Source of the DNA: Gemmatimonadales bacterium
Lineage (GTDB): Bacteria > Gemmatimonadota > Gemmatimonadetes > Gemmatimonadales > GWC2-71-9
Assembly: GCA_046160105.1 (NCBI GenBank)
Contig: JBJXGT010000038.1
Coordinates: 6,837 to 70,836, forward strand
Length of the DNA: 64,000 bases
Direction: 5' to 3'
The stretch's first letter is position 1. Each line of letters starts with the position of its first letter. Both the position numbers and the translations under genes were made by a program. Below, one piece after another: positions 9,377 through 19,700 of the stretch. Below the pieces are notes generated by a model, which worked only from the letters and a program-made list of their open reading frames with translations, did not search any database and had not been told where the DNA came from.

Positions 9377-10642
9377 CTACGGCCGTCTCAGCCGGTTGTA
9401 CTTGGCCAGGATCGCGCGGACCTGGTCGTGGGGTAGGGCCCAGGCGCGGCGGTAGTCGGCCCCGGTCATCGTCTCGGCGGCGAGCATGGCGTTGATGATC
9501 GCCTCCTCGGTGGCCTCCACGGTGGCGGTGAAGAGCGGGTCCATCAGGCCGGAGCCGAGTCGCTGCATGGTCGGGGCCGGGAGGGTGGAGCGGGCGCTGT
9601 TGCCCCAGTCGACGCCACGGTTGGCGGTCGAGAAGGCGATGAAGATGTCGCCGGAGCCGTTGCCGTTGTTGGACCCCATCCGTCCCATGCCTAACGCCAC
9701 CCGCCGGACCACCCGTTTGAGCTGATCGGGCGACAGCGGCGCGTCGGTGGCCACCACGATGATGATCGAGCCCTGTTCCGGCTCCTCGGCCGGCTGGTCG
9801 GCGTCGCCGGAGCCGCCACCGCAGATCGGGAACGGGGTCCCGTCGAAGGCGGTCACCGGCGGGTCGATCCGCTGGGCGACGCAAGGATCCAACCCAGTGA
9901 CTTCCCGCCCCACGGGAATGCCACCGAGCCGCAGTTGGGACCGGGTGCCGTAGTTGCATTGGAGCAGGACGCCGACGGTGAATCCGCCCTCGGCGGCGCT
10001 CAAGACGCGGGAGGACGTGCCGGTGCCTCCCTTGAACCCGTGGCAGTTCATCCCGGTGCCGCCACCCACGTTCCCCTCGGCGATCGGACCGGGCCGGGCG
10101 TTCTCGAGCGATTGAAAGGCGTGCTCCGCCTTGACGTGGAGCCCCTTCATGTCGTTGAGCCCGCCATCGGAGGTCTCGGCGACCACCGGGTACCAGAACG
10201 GGCCCGGCGCGTTCCGCTTGACCATCCAGTCGACCACCGCATCACGCACTGTGCCCACGCTCAGGGTGTTGGTGATCATGATCGGGGTTTCGAGCACCCC
10301 GGTCTCCTCGATCCAGTGGGTGCCAGTCATGTCGCCATTGCCGTTGCCGGCGTAGAACGCGGCGAACACCGGCTCCAGGGTGGCGCGGCCGCGGGGGAGC
10401 ACCGCGGTGACGCCAGTGCGGACCGGACCCTGGCCGATGACCCGTTTGCCCTCACCGCGGACCAAGGTGACATAGCCGACTTCGACGCCGGCGACGTCCG
10501 TGATAGCGTTGAGGCGGCCGGGCGTGCCGTCGAGTGGGATGCCGAGGTCGCGAGCCCGGGCCTTGCTTTGGGCCGTGGCCGTCGAAAGGGCGCCGGCGAG
10601 GGCGAGGGTGCAGTGCGCGGCGGCGTGGAACGGTCGATTCAC
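9377..10642 (-). CDS. P1/S58 (DmpA-like) family aminopeptidase, secreted
   Basis: Blocks NAITDVAGVEVGY, GGTGMN and GSGDIFIAFS are typical of the family. Start is uncertain: GTG 10642 gives signal peptide NRPFHAAAHCTLALAGALSTATAQS, and ATGs at 10738 and 10747 are also in frame. Confidence 0.75.
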   Translation of the reverse strand: MNRPFHAAAHCTLALAGALSTATAQSKARARDLGIPLDGTPGRLNAITDVAGVEVGYVTLVRGEGKRVIGQGPVRTGVTAVLPRGRATLEPVFAAFYAGNGNGDMTGTHWIEETGVLETPIMITNTLSVGTVRDAVVDWMVKRNAPGPFWYPVVAETSDGGLNDMKGLHVKAEHAFQSLENARPGPIAEGNVGGGTGMNCHGFKGGTGTSSRVLSAAEGGFTVGVLLQCNYGTRSQLRLGGIPVGREVTGLDPCVAQRIDPPVTAFDGTPFPICGGGSGDADQPAEEPEQGSIIIVVATDAPLSPDQLKRVVRRVALGMGRMGSNNGNGSGDIFIAFSTANRGVDWGNSARSTLPAPTMQRLGSGLMDPLFTATVEATEEAIINAMLAAETMTGADYRRAWALPHDQVRAILAKYNRLRRP

Positions 10643-10739
10643 GGGTGCCCCTGGGACGAAATTGGAAGAAGCAAGGCGGCCAATCGACCGCACTTTGGCG
10701 GATGCCGAGTTGCCAACCCCCACCCGCCGAGACGACATT

Positions 10740-11285
10740 ATGGCCATGCCTGTCAAAGTCCAACGATACACAGTGGACGAGATCGAATCGTGGCCCGACG
10801 ACGGCAACCGGTACGAGCTGCTCGACGGGTTCCTGCTGGTGACGCCTGGTCCGGCGTCACCCCACCAGGTCGTGGCCACCCGAATCGCGGCGTTTCTCGT
10901 CCAACGTCTCGGAGGCTTTCCCGATCTATGGGTCTCGGCGCCGGGGGCCATCATCCGGCGGCCCAAGACTTCGCTGATCCCCGACGTGCTGGTGTTTCGC
11001 GCCGCGGGCCCGCCCCCGAAGTGGGAGCAGGTCCGTGAACACCTCCTGGCCGTCGAGGTCGAGAGCCCTTCCACCAAGCGGTACGACAAGGACTTCAAGG
11101 GACCGGCCTACGTCACGCTGGGTGTGGCCGAGGTCTGGCGCGTCGTCACCGACGACCGGGCCATCTGGGTCAGCGACGGCGCCGGCGAGGAGCGCTGCCA
11201 CCGGACACCGTTCTACTGGGCCCCGCCCGGTCTCGATCGGTCCTTTCTCGTGCCGCTCGTCGATTTCTTTCGCGGCCTCGACTGA
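10740..11285 (+). CDS. Uma2 (DUF820) family endonuclease
   Basis: YELLDGFLLV, IPDVLVF and LAVEVESPST match the PD-(D/E)xK Uma2 pattern. ATG at 10740 or 10746. Confidence 0.75.
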   Translation: MAMPVKVQRYTVDEIESWPDDGNRYELLDGFLLVTPGPASPHQVVATRIAAFLVQRLGGFPDLWVSAPGAIIRRPKTSLIPDVLVFRAAGPPPKWEQVREHLLAVEVESPSTKRYDKDFKGPAYVTLGVAEVWRVVTDDRAIWVSDGAGEERCHRTPFYWAPPGLDRSFLVPLVDFFRGLD

Positions 11286-11294
11286 GCAACTCGC

Positions 11295-13208
11295 CTACCG
11301 CCCGGCCGACTCCGCCGAATTGTCCTTCAGGTACCGGCCGAAGAACTCCAACATGTCCTGCAGCATCTGCTTGGTGTTCTCCCGGCCGTACACGTAGTAC
11401 GTCTCCCCCGGATACGACTTGTACTCGACGATCTTGGAGTGCTTGGCCAACTCTCGCGCGTACTTCCAGGCCGCGTAGTCGGTGTCGAGCACGTCGAGCC
11501 CGTAGCCGTGGATGATCAGCGCCGGCGCGGTGGCGTCCTTGGCCTTGAGGATCGCCGAGCTGCGCCGATAGGTGGCCTCCACCTCCGGCGTCGAAGGCCA
11601 CTTGCCGAGCTCGTAGTGGAGCAGCTGGCTGTGCTGGAGGACCGGGACGATGTTGTGGAAATCCTTCACGTCGCCGTAGCCCGAGCCCGAGATCGCGGCC
11701 TGGAACACCCCCGGCGCGAACGAGATCGCGTACATCGTCAGCATCCCGCCGTAGCTGACCCCGGTGATCCCGATCTTGCCCGGGTTGACGTACGGCTGCT
11801 GCTTCGCCCAGGCCACTCCCGCCAGGACGTCGCGAAGGTCCCCATGGCCCCAGTCGCGGTTGTTGAGGTCCTCGAACCGTTTCCCGTACCCCGAGCTGCC
11901 CCGCACGTTGGGCGCGATCACCACGTAGCCCTGACTGGCGAAGAACTGGGGCTGGAGCTGGTAGCTGTCGCTGAACTGCGAGGTCGGCCCGCCGTGGACG
12001 AACATGATGACCGGGGCGCGGTCGCCGGGGCGGAGGTGCTTTGGCTTGTAGAGATAGGCGTTGATCGTCAGGCCCTCGTTCTTCCAGGCGATCTTCTCAG
12101 GCTCGATCAACAGGGCGGCCATCGCGCCTTCCGGATCGGCGTTGGTGAGCTGCTTCGGGGTGCCCCCCTCGGCCGCCACCACGTAGAGGTCCTGGGCCCG
12201 GGTCGGGGCGCCGAAGCCGTAGGAGATCCGCCGTCCGTCCGGCGACCACTCGGCCCGGGTGACCATGCCGAGGCCGGGCGCGACCACGGTGCGCGCCGCG
12301 CCACCGGCGGCGGGCGCGACCTTGAGACTCTGGGTCCCGTTGGTCATCGACAGGAACAACACCTGGCTGCCATCCGGCGACCACCGGGCATCGCTCTGGT
12401 CCGCCGACTCGGCCGCGAGCTGCCGGGGCGCTCCGCCGGCGAGCGGCATCAGCCAGTAGCTGGCCCAGCCGCTTCGCTGCGAGCGGAACATCACCGTCCT
12501 GCCGTTGGGTGAGACCCGGGTGAAGCCGAACGAGGCGCCCTGGCGATAGTCGAAGAAGTCCTTGTCGGCGAGCACCAGGCGCGGCGTTCCGCCGGTCGGG
12601 GAGATCTCGAAGACGTCGTGGTCGACCCAGCGGGAATCGAGCCGGGTGTAGAGGATCTTGGCGCCGTCGGGCGTCCACGAGGGGAACCCCTCGTAAAGCG
12701 GGCTCGAGGTGATCCGGGTGGTGGCGCCGTCGGCCACGTTGACGACGTAGATATCCTCGCTGCCGCTCCGGTCGTTGGCCAGCGCGATCCGGCCCCCGTC
12801 CGGCGAGAAGGAGTAGGAGCGGACGTTGCCCGAAAGCGTAGTGATCCGGCGTTCGCTGTTGGCGGAGAGGTCCCAGCCGAAGATGTCGTTGCCGCCGGGG
12901 GCACTCTTCACATAGGTCAGGAGGCGCCCGTCGGGCGAGCGCCGCAACTGCGTGGCGACGCCGATTGACGCAGCCATCCGGGTTGGGGCGCCGCCGTCGA
13001 CCCCGATCGACCAGAGGCCGCCGCCACCGAGGTAGTAGAGCCGGGTGCCGTCGGCCGACCAGACCGGTGCCTCGTTCGCGCCGATGGTCGGTTGGACGGA
13101 CTGTAGTTGATCGATCGAGGGGGCCGGTTGTTGCGCCGCGGCCGTGGATCCGACCGCGGTCGCGGCGGACAGGGCGGCAAGGACGGCGAATCGGGCGCGC
13201 GCGGTCAT
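11295..13208 (-). CDS. S9 family serine peptidase with N-terminal TolB-like propeller
   Basis: Signal peptide MTARARFAVLAALSAATAVGSTAAAQ. Repeated SPDG/WSPDG propeller motifs. GVSYGG nucleophile elbow in the C-terminal hydrolase domain. Confidence 0.88.
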   Translation of the reverse strand: MTARARFAVLAALSAATAVGSTAAAQQPAPSIDQLQSVQPTIGANEAPVWSADGTRLYYLGGGGLWSIGVDGGAPTRMAASIGVATQLRRSPDGRLLTYVKSAPGGNDIFGWDLSANSERRITTLSGNVRSYSFSPDGGRIALANDRSGSEDIYVVNVADGATTRITSSPLYEGFPSWTPDGAKILYTRLDSRWVDHDVFEISPTGGTPRLVLADKDFFDYRQGASFGFTRVSPNGRTVMFRSQRSGWASYWLMPLAGGAPRQLAAESADQSDARWSPDGSQVLFLSMTNGTQSLKVAPAAGGAARTVVAPGLGMVTRAEWSPDGRRISYGFGAPTRAQDLYVVAAEGGTPKQLTNADPEGAMAALLIEPEKIAWKNEGLTINAYLYKPKHLRPGDRAPVIMFVHGGPTSQFSDSYQLQPQFFASQGYVVIAPNVRGSSGYGKRFEDLNNRDWGHGDLRDVLAGVAWAKQQPYVNPGKIGITGVSYGGMLTMYAISFAPGVFQAAISGSGYGDVKDFHNIVPVLQHSQLLHYELGKWPSTPEVEATYRRSSAILKAKDATAPALIIHGYGLDVLDTDYAAWKYARELAKHSKIVEYKSYPGETYYVYGRENTKQMLQDMLEFFGRYLKDNSAESAGR

Positions 13209-13364
13209 GGCGGAAGCGTTCCTTCGAGAGCGATGAATTGTCGGGGGTCGACCGAAGATAACCTTTTCTCGGGCACACTGGCGGCCCGGTTCCTGGTTTC
13301 CCGGCGAGCACGGGCCTCGGCCCGAGGCGTGCCGGTCAGCACCGAAGACGGCGCCCCTACTGGC

Positions 13365-14417
13365 CTACGGACCGCGCCGCTCCGTCGAGAGGACGACCTT
13401 TCCCGTTACCCGCCGCTCATGCAGGTAGCGGTGGGCCGCCATCGCGCCGGCTCGATCGAACGGAAAGGTCCGATCCACCACGGTTTGGATGGCGCCCGCG
13501 GCGACTGCCTGATAGATCTCCGCCAGCGCGGCCCGGAGCAGGTTCTCCTTCTGGTGGAGGTGGAGGAGATGGATGCCCGACACGGCGAGGTTGGGCTCGA
13601 CCAGCGAGAGCGGGTGGAACCACGGGGTCCGGAGCCAGGCCCGGGCCATCGCCAGGTACTGCTTCCGGCCCCGCGGCATCGCGTCACTCAGGCCATAGAA
13701 CACCAACCTGCCTAACGGCGCGAGCAGGCGCCGGCAGGTGGCGGTGGTCCGGCCCCCGACCGCGTCGAGCGCCGCATCCAACCCGCGGGGTCCGAGCCGG
13801 CGCTCCACCTCGGCACCCCAGTCGCCAGCCGAGTCGAAGCAGGCCTCGGCGCCGAGCCGTTCGACCACGAACTGCCGTTTGGCCGCCGACCCGGCGGTGC
13901 CGAGCACCCGAAGCCCCCGCCATCGAGCCAGCTGCACCGCGGCGGTGCCGACCCCGCCGGCGGCGTTGGTCACCAAGACCGACTCTCCGGCGCGGACTCG
14001 GGCCGACTCGAACAGCGCCACCCACGCCGTCAGGAACGCCACCGGCACGGCCGCCGCGCGGACCGGATCGATGGCCTCGGGATAGCGAAAGAGATTGCGA
14101 GTCGGCACGATCAGGTCGCGGGCGTAGCCGCCGTAGCGGACCAGCCCGATGGCCCGATCGCCAGGGCGCCACTCGGTGACGCCGGCGCCCACCCGCCGCA
14201 CGGTGCCGGCAACCTCGAAGCCCGGACTGTAGGGCATCGGGGGGACGGTGGCATAGAGCCCGGCTCGCATCAGCAGGTCGGCGAAGTTGACGCCGGCGGC
14301 CTCGACCGCGAGATGAACCTCGTCGGTGCCGGGGTCGGCGAGGGCGACGGTCCGCTCGGCGAGGACGTCCGGCGGGCCGTGGCGTTCGATCAGGATCGCG
14401 GTCGTGGTGGCCGGCAT
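13365..14417 (-). CDS. NADPH:quinone oxidoreductase-like MDR family protein
   Basis: AAGVNFADL, PGFEVAGTV and NAAGGVGTAAVQLA. No GHE-type catalytic zinc motif. Confidence 0.85.
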   Translation of the reverse strand: MPATTTAILIERHGPPDVLAERTVALADPGTDEVHLAVEAAGVNFADLLMRAGLYATVPPMPYSPGFEVAGTVRRVGAGVTEWRPGDRAIGLVRYGGYARDLIVPTRNLFRYPEAIDPVRAAAVPVAFLTAWVALFESARVRAGESVLVTNAAGGVGTAAVQLARWRGLRVLGTAGSAAKRQFVVERLGAEACFDSAGDWGAEVERRLGPRGLDAALDAVGGRTTATCRRLLAPLGRLVFYGLSDAMPRGRKQYLAMARAWLRTPWFHPLSLVEPNLAVSGIHLLHLHQKENLLRAALAEIYQAVAAGAIQTVVDRTFPFDRAGAMAAHRYLHERRVTGKVVLSTERRGP

Positions 14418-14498
14418 AGCCCGGGGAGAATAGCCCGGCGACGCCGAGCCCGATACCCGAGTTGGCTCGGGTCGATCAAGGGCCGTGGTCGGGTCGGC

Positions 14499-16076
14499 TT
14501 ACTGGAGCGGCGGCGCCGCGGCCGGCGGGCGACGGTGGCGAGTGGCCTGCTCGTAGTCGTACCCCAGCTTGATCAGGGTCGCCTCGCTCCAGGCCCGGCC
14601 GAAGAACTGCAGGCCAGCGGGGAGGATGCCGCCGTTGAGGTAGCCCATCGGCACGGTGATGGCCGGGAAGCCGGTGCTCGGGCTGAAGAGTTGGTTGTTG
14701 TCGCCGTGCGGTGTGTTGAGATCGCCGATCCTGCGGGGTGGGTTGCTCCAGGTCGGGTAGGCCAGCGCGTCCAATCGGTGCCGGGTCATCATCTGCTCGA
14801 CCCCGGCCCGGAGTTTGGCGCGGAACTGATCGCGGCCCAGGCAGCCGGGCGACTGATCGGGGTCGCCCTCGGGAGCGGCTTGGCCGGCCGTCAGGCGAGC
14901 CTCGATCGAGGGGTGGAATTTCCGCGACTTGATGACCTCATCCAGCGTCTTGACGGGGACTCTGTCCCCGTGGCTCGCGAGCCACGCGTTCAAGTCCCGC
15001 TTGAAGGGAAAACAGCTGCCGGCCGACGCCCGCCGCCAGGCGTCGAGGCTGTCGATCGCGATCCCGTCGACCACCACGGCGCCGGCCGCCTCGAGATCGC
15101 GGAGGGCGCGCTGGAACACCTCGACGACCTCGGGATCGGTGGTGGGCGTCTCGTACGCCTGCCGGAGGACGCCGAGCCGCGCCCCGCGAAGGCCGCCGCG
15201 AACCAACGAGGCGGTGTAGTCGACGCGGGCCCGACCGCGACTCGCCGCGGTGGCGGGATCGGCGGGGTCCTCGCCGACGATCACTTGGAACACCGCCACC
15301 GCGTCGGCCACGGTGCGGGCCATCGGGCCGGCGATGTCGGTGCTCAGGTTGAGGGGGACGACCCCGCCTCGACTGGTGAGGCCCATCGTCGACCGAATCC
15401 CGACCAGCGCCTGGTGGGCCGATGGCCCTCGAATCGAGTTGCCGGTGTCGGTGCCAAGCCCGACGGCACCGAAGTTGGCGGCGACGGCCGCGGCGGTCCC
15501 CCCGGACGACCCGGCGGTCACCCGATCGAGCGCGTAGGGGTTCTTGCTGTACCCGGGCAGGATGGAGCTCACCGTCTCATAAGGACTGAAGGCGAACTCG
15601 GCCATGTTCGATTTGGCCAGGACGATCGCCCCGGCCTCCTTGATCCGCCTGACTTGAAACGCGTCCCGGCTCGAGACGAAACCGGCCAGGGATTGCGACC
15701 CGGCCGTCACCGGCAACTCGGTCGTCTCGAAGTTGTCCTTGACGATCATCGGGACGCAGTGGAGCGGGCCGACCGGGCCGGAGGTGGCCAACCGGCGATC
15801 GAGCGAGTCGGCCACGTCGAGCGCGGCCGGGTTGACCACGACGAGCGCGTTGATGGCCGGACCGTTCTTGTCGTAGGCACCGATTCGACGGAGGTACTGG
15901 CTGACGACCGAGCGGCAGGTGACCCGGCCGGTCGTCAGTGCCGTCTCGAGCTCGGCGATGGTGATCTCTTCGAGCCGGAACGGGGCCTGGGCGGCGGCGA
16001 CCTGGGGGACCTGAGTTGCCCCGGCTCCCCGGGCGCCTCCGGCGACCAACGCGACCAGCAGAAAGACCAAGGGCAT
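14499..16076 (-). CDS. amidase (amidase-signature family), secreted
   Basis: AS motifs GSSGGTAAAVAA and GTDTGNSIRGPSA. N-terminal signal peptide MPLVFLLVALVAGGARGAGA. Confidence 0.9.
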   Translation of the reverse strand: MPLVFLLVALVAGGARGAGATQVPQVAAAQAPFRLEEITIAELETALTTGRVTCRSVVSQYLRRIGAYDKNGPAINALVVVNPAALDVADSLDRRLATSGPVGPLHCVPMIVKDNFETTELPVTAGSQSLAGFVSSRDAFQVRRIKEAGAIVLAKSNMAEFAFSPYETVSSILPGYSKNPYALDRVTAGSSGGTAAAVAANFGAVGLGTDTGNSIRGPSAHQALVGIRSTMGLTSRGGVVPLNLSTDIAGPMARTVADAVAVFQVIVGEDPADPATAASRGRARVDYTASLVRGGLRGARLGVLRQAYETPTTDPEVVEVFQRALRDLEAAGAVVVDGIAIDSLDAWRRASAGSCFPFKRDLNAWLASHGDRVPVKTLDEVIKSRKFHPSIEARLTAGQAAPEGDPDQSPGCLGRDQFRAKLRAGVEQMMTRHRLDALAYPTWSNPPRRIGDLNTPHGDNNQLFSPSTGFPAITVPMGYLNGGILPAGLQFFGRAWSEATLIKLGYDYEQATRHRRPPAAAPPLQ

Positions 16077-16121
16077 GACGCTAAGGTCATGCCCCGGCAG
16101 TGGTTCCGCAACTCGGCTGGG

Positions 16122-16574
16122 TCAGCGGGTGGGAGGTGGGGTCTGCCACATGACGTGGCGGATCATCCATTTGCCGTCATACTTGGCGAGGAGGAAGTAG
16201 TCGGTACCCCAGTACGCGGTGACCTTGGCGCTCGCGGTCTGATCCTGAACCTCGTAGACCACCACGTCCTTCGGCGCGTTCGGCGGGGTCTTCTCCTGCC
16301 CGGACTTGACCCGGCGGGCGAAGCTGAAGAACTGCTGCCAGGGGAAACCGCCCCCTTTGTACACCCCCTTGTCGTCCTTCCAGAAGCCGAACTTGTCGAC
16401 CTCGGGCCGGACGCTGCGGATGAATCGGGTGCTGTCTCCCTCGTAGAATCCCTCGACGTAGTCGAGGACGGCGCTCCTGACCGCGTCCTTGTCGGCCTGG
16501 GTCTGGGCCTGGGCGGCGGGGGCCGTCAGGGCGGCGAAGGCCACGGCGGCGATGACGGGGCGGATGATCGGCAT
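16122..16574 (-). CDS. secreted NTF2-fold protein (putative lumazine-binding-like family)
   Basis: Trimmed to ATG 16574 (MPIIRPVIAAVAFAALTAPAAQA). DYVEGFYEGD and DYFLLAKYDGKWMI resemble that NTF2-like family. Confidence 0.6.
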   Translation of the reverse strand: MPIIRPVIAAVAFAALTAPAAQAQTQADKDAVRSAVLDYVEGFYEGDSTRFIRSVRPEVDKFGFWKDDKGVYKGGGFPWQQFFSFARRVKSGQEKTPPNAPKDVVVYEVQDQTASAKVTAYWGTDYFLLAKYDGKWMIRHVMWQTPPPTR

Positions 16575-16717
16575 GCGGATGTCCAGTGGTTGGTCTAGGA
16601 CCAAATACGCCGCCGGCCCCGGGCTGGTTTCCATCTGACGGATGCCTTGCAAACTGTCCCAAAAGCGGACAACATCAAGGTAGCGTCACCTCCTCAGTTT
16701 CAGCCCACAGCATCGGG

Positions 16718-19700
16718 ATGCCCATGGCTCGGATCGTTCTGCTCTTCATCGTGGCGCTCGTCGCCGGCTCCGTCACGTTCGTCGAGGGTCAAACTCGAAT
16801 CGATACCACCGCGTTCGGGGCCCTGTCATGGCGCAACATCGGGCCGCAGCGGGGGGGCCGGTCGGTCGCGGTGGCCGGGTCGACGAGTCGTCCGCAGGAG
16901 TACTACATGGGGACGACCGGTGGCGGGGTGTTCAAGAGCCTCGACGGCGGAGACACCTGGCAACCGATCACCGACAAGTACTTCGGTGGCACCATCGGGG
17001 CGATGGCGGTGAGCGAGACGAACCCCGACATCGTCTACGTCGGTGGCGGTGAGTACCCGATCCGGGGCAATACCTCGCACGGGGACGGCGTCTACAAGAG
17101 CACCGATGGCGGGAAGACCTGGGCGTACCTGGGTTTGGTCGAGACGCGCCATATCGCCAAGATCAGACTCCACCCGAAGAATCCCGACATCGTCTACGTG
17201 GCGGCGCTGGGGCCGGTGTTCAGCACTTCCTCACCGCATCGGGGGGTCTACAAGTCGGTCGACGGGGGGAAGACCTGGAAAAACATTCTCCGTCGACCGG
17301 GCAACGACTCGACCGGCGCTGTCGAGCTGGTGATGGATCCGAGCAATCCCGACGTGCTCTACGCCGGGTTGTGGGAGGCGTACCGGAAGCCGTGGCTGAT
17401 GAACAGCGGCGGGCCGGGCAGCGGGATCTTCAAGACCACCGACGGCGGCACGACCTGGAAGGAGATCACTCGGAACCCCGGATTGCCCAAGGGGTTGATC
17501 GGCAACATCGGGATCACGGTGTCTCCCGCCAACTCGAAACGCGTCTGGGCGATCGTCGAGGCCGACTCGGGCGGGGTGTTCCGGTCCGACGACGGGGGGG
17601 ACACCTGGTCCCAAGTCAACGACGAGCGGAAGCTCCGGCAGCGGGCCTGGTACTACAGCCGGATCTTCGCCGATCCGAAGGATGAGAACGGGGTCTACGT
17701 GCTCAACGTCGAGTTCTGGAAATCGACCGACGGCGGGAAGACCTTCCCCCGTCCGATCGACACCCACCATGGCGACTATCACGATCTGTGGATCGCGCCC
17801 AACGATCCGATGCGAATGGTGGTGGGCGATGACGGCGGCGCGGAAGTGACCTTCAACGGCGGCCGCAGCTGGACCGACTACGACTACCCGACCGCCCAGT
17901 TCTACCATGTCACCACGACCAATCACTTCCCCTACCGGGTCTGCGGCGCCCAGCAAGACAACAGCACCGTGTGCATGTCGAGCCAGCCCGACCCCGGCAG
18001 CCACCACGCCACGTTCTACGACGCCGGCGGTGGCGAATCGGGCTACATCGCGGCGCGGCCGGACAATCCCGACATCATCTTTGCCGGCAGCTACGGCGGG
18101 CACCTGACCCGGAAGGACACCAAGAGTGGTTTCGAGCGGAACGTCAATCCGTGGCCGCTCAACCCGATGGGCCACTCGGCGGTCGACTCGAAGTACCGGA
18201 TGCAGTGGACCTTCCCGATCGTCTTCTCGCCGCACGATCCCAACACGCTCTACGTCGGGTCGAGCGTGGTGTTCAAGACCACCAACGAAGGCGAGAGCTT
18301 CACCGCCATCAGCCCCGACCTGACCCGGAACGATCCCAAGACGTTAGGCCCCTCCGGCGGGCCGCTCACCCGGGACCAGACCTCGGTCGAGTACTACGGG
18401 ACCGTGTTTACCATCTCGGAGTCGCCGGTCGAGAAGGGCGTGATCTGGACCGGCTCGGACGACGGGGTGATCGCGGTGACCAGAAATGGGGGCCAGAGCT
18501 GGGAGCGGGTCACCCCGCCGGGCCTGCCCGAATGGGCCCGGGTCTCGATCATCGAGGCGTCGGCGCATGCCAAAGGCACCGCCTACTTCGCCGCGAATCG
18601 GTTCCAGCTCAACGATTTCGCCCCCTACCTCTACAAGACCGCGGACTACGGGAAGACCTGGACCAAGATCACCACCGGGATCATCGCGGGTGAGTTCACC
18701 CGGGTCATCCGGGAAGATCCGGTCCGGCAGGGACTCCTTTTCGCGGGCACCGAGCGCGGGGTGTGGGTCTCTTTCGACGACGGCGGCAACTGGCAGAGTC
18801 TTCGCCGCAATCTGCCGCCGGTGCCGATTCACGACCTCCAGGTCAAAGAGGGCGACGTGGTCCTCGGCACTCACGGTCGAGGCTTCTGGATCATGGACGA
18901 CATCTCCTCGCTCCGGCAGGTTCGCGCCGAGATCGTGGCGAAAGACGCCCATTTGTTCCAACCCAAGGATGCCCATCGCACCCTCGGTGGGGTGTCGATC
19001 CAGTACTGGCTCAAGCGGCCCGGGCAGAAGGTTACGCTCGACTTCCTCGACTCCAAGGGGCAGGTGATCCGCAGCTACAGCAGCGATCCCGATCCACTCT
19101 GGGTGGCCGACAGCCTTCGGCTGATGGCCGCGGAGCAGGTTCGTCTCGACAGTCTCGCGGCGCTCGGCGTGTTGTCGGAGAGCGTCCGGCGGCCGGCAAC
19201 GGTGCAGCGGCCGACGCCGTTCTCGAATTTCGAGGGCGGCTACCGGTACATCCCCCTGCCGAGCGTGCCGAACAAAGCCGGGGCGAACAGTTTCCGGTGG
19301 AACCTCCGATACCCCGAAGCGGTCGGGTTCCGGGGCCTGATCATGTGGGCCGCCGGGCTCCAAGGGCCGATCGCGCCGCCTGGCACCTATTCGGTGCGGC
19401 TCACCGCCGGCGACAAGACCGAGACCCAGACCTTCAAGCTGCTCAAGGATCCCCGGTCGCTGGGCTCCCAGGCCGATCTCGACGAGCAGTTCGCGTTCGC
19501 GATGCGGATCCGGGACAAGACCTCCGAAGCGAACAACGCGGTCCGGACGATTCGGAACCTCAAGGCCCGGATCAAGGAGCGGACCGGGCAAGTTCCCAGC
19601 GGGCGGGGCGTCGCGCTGGAACGGTTGGTCACGCCGTTGGTCGCCCAGCTGTCGGCGGTCGAGGCGGAGGTGTATCAGGTCAGGAACCGGAGCGGGCAGG

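Noticed and set aside
14313-16598. 761-aa plus-strand ORF
   Set aside because: It is antisense to the amidase and NTF2-like genes, is low-complexity Gly/Arg/Asp-rich, and has no motifs.
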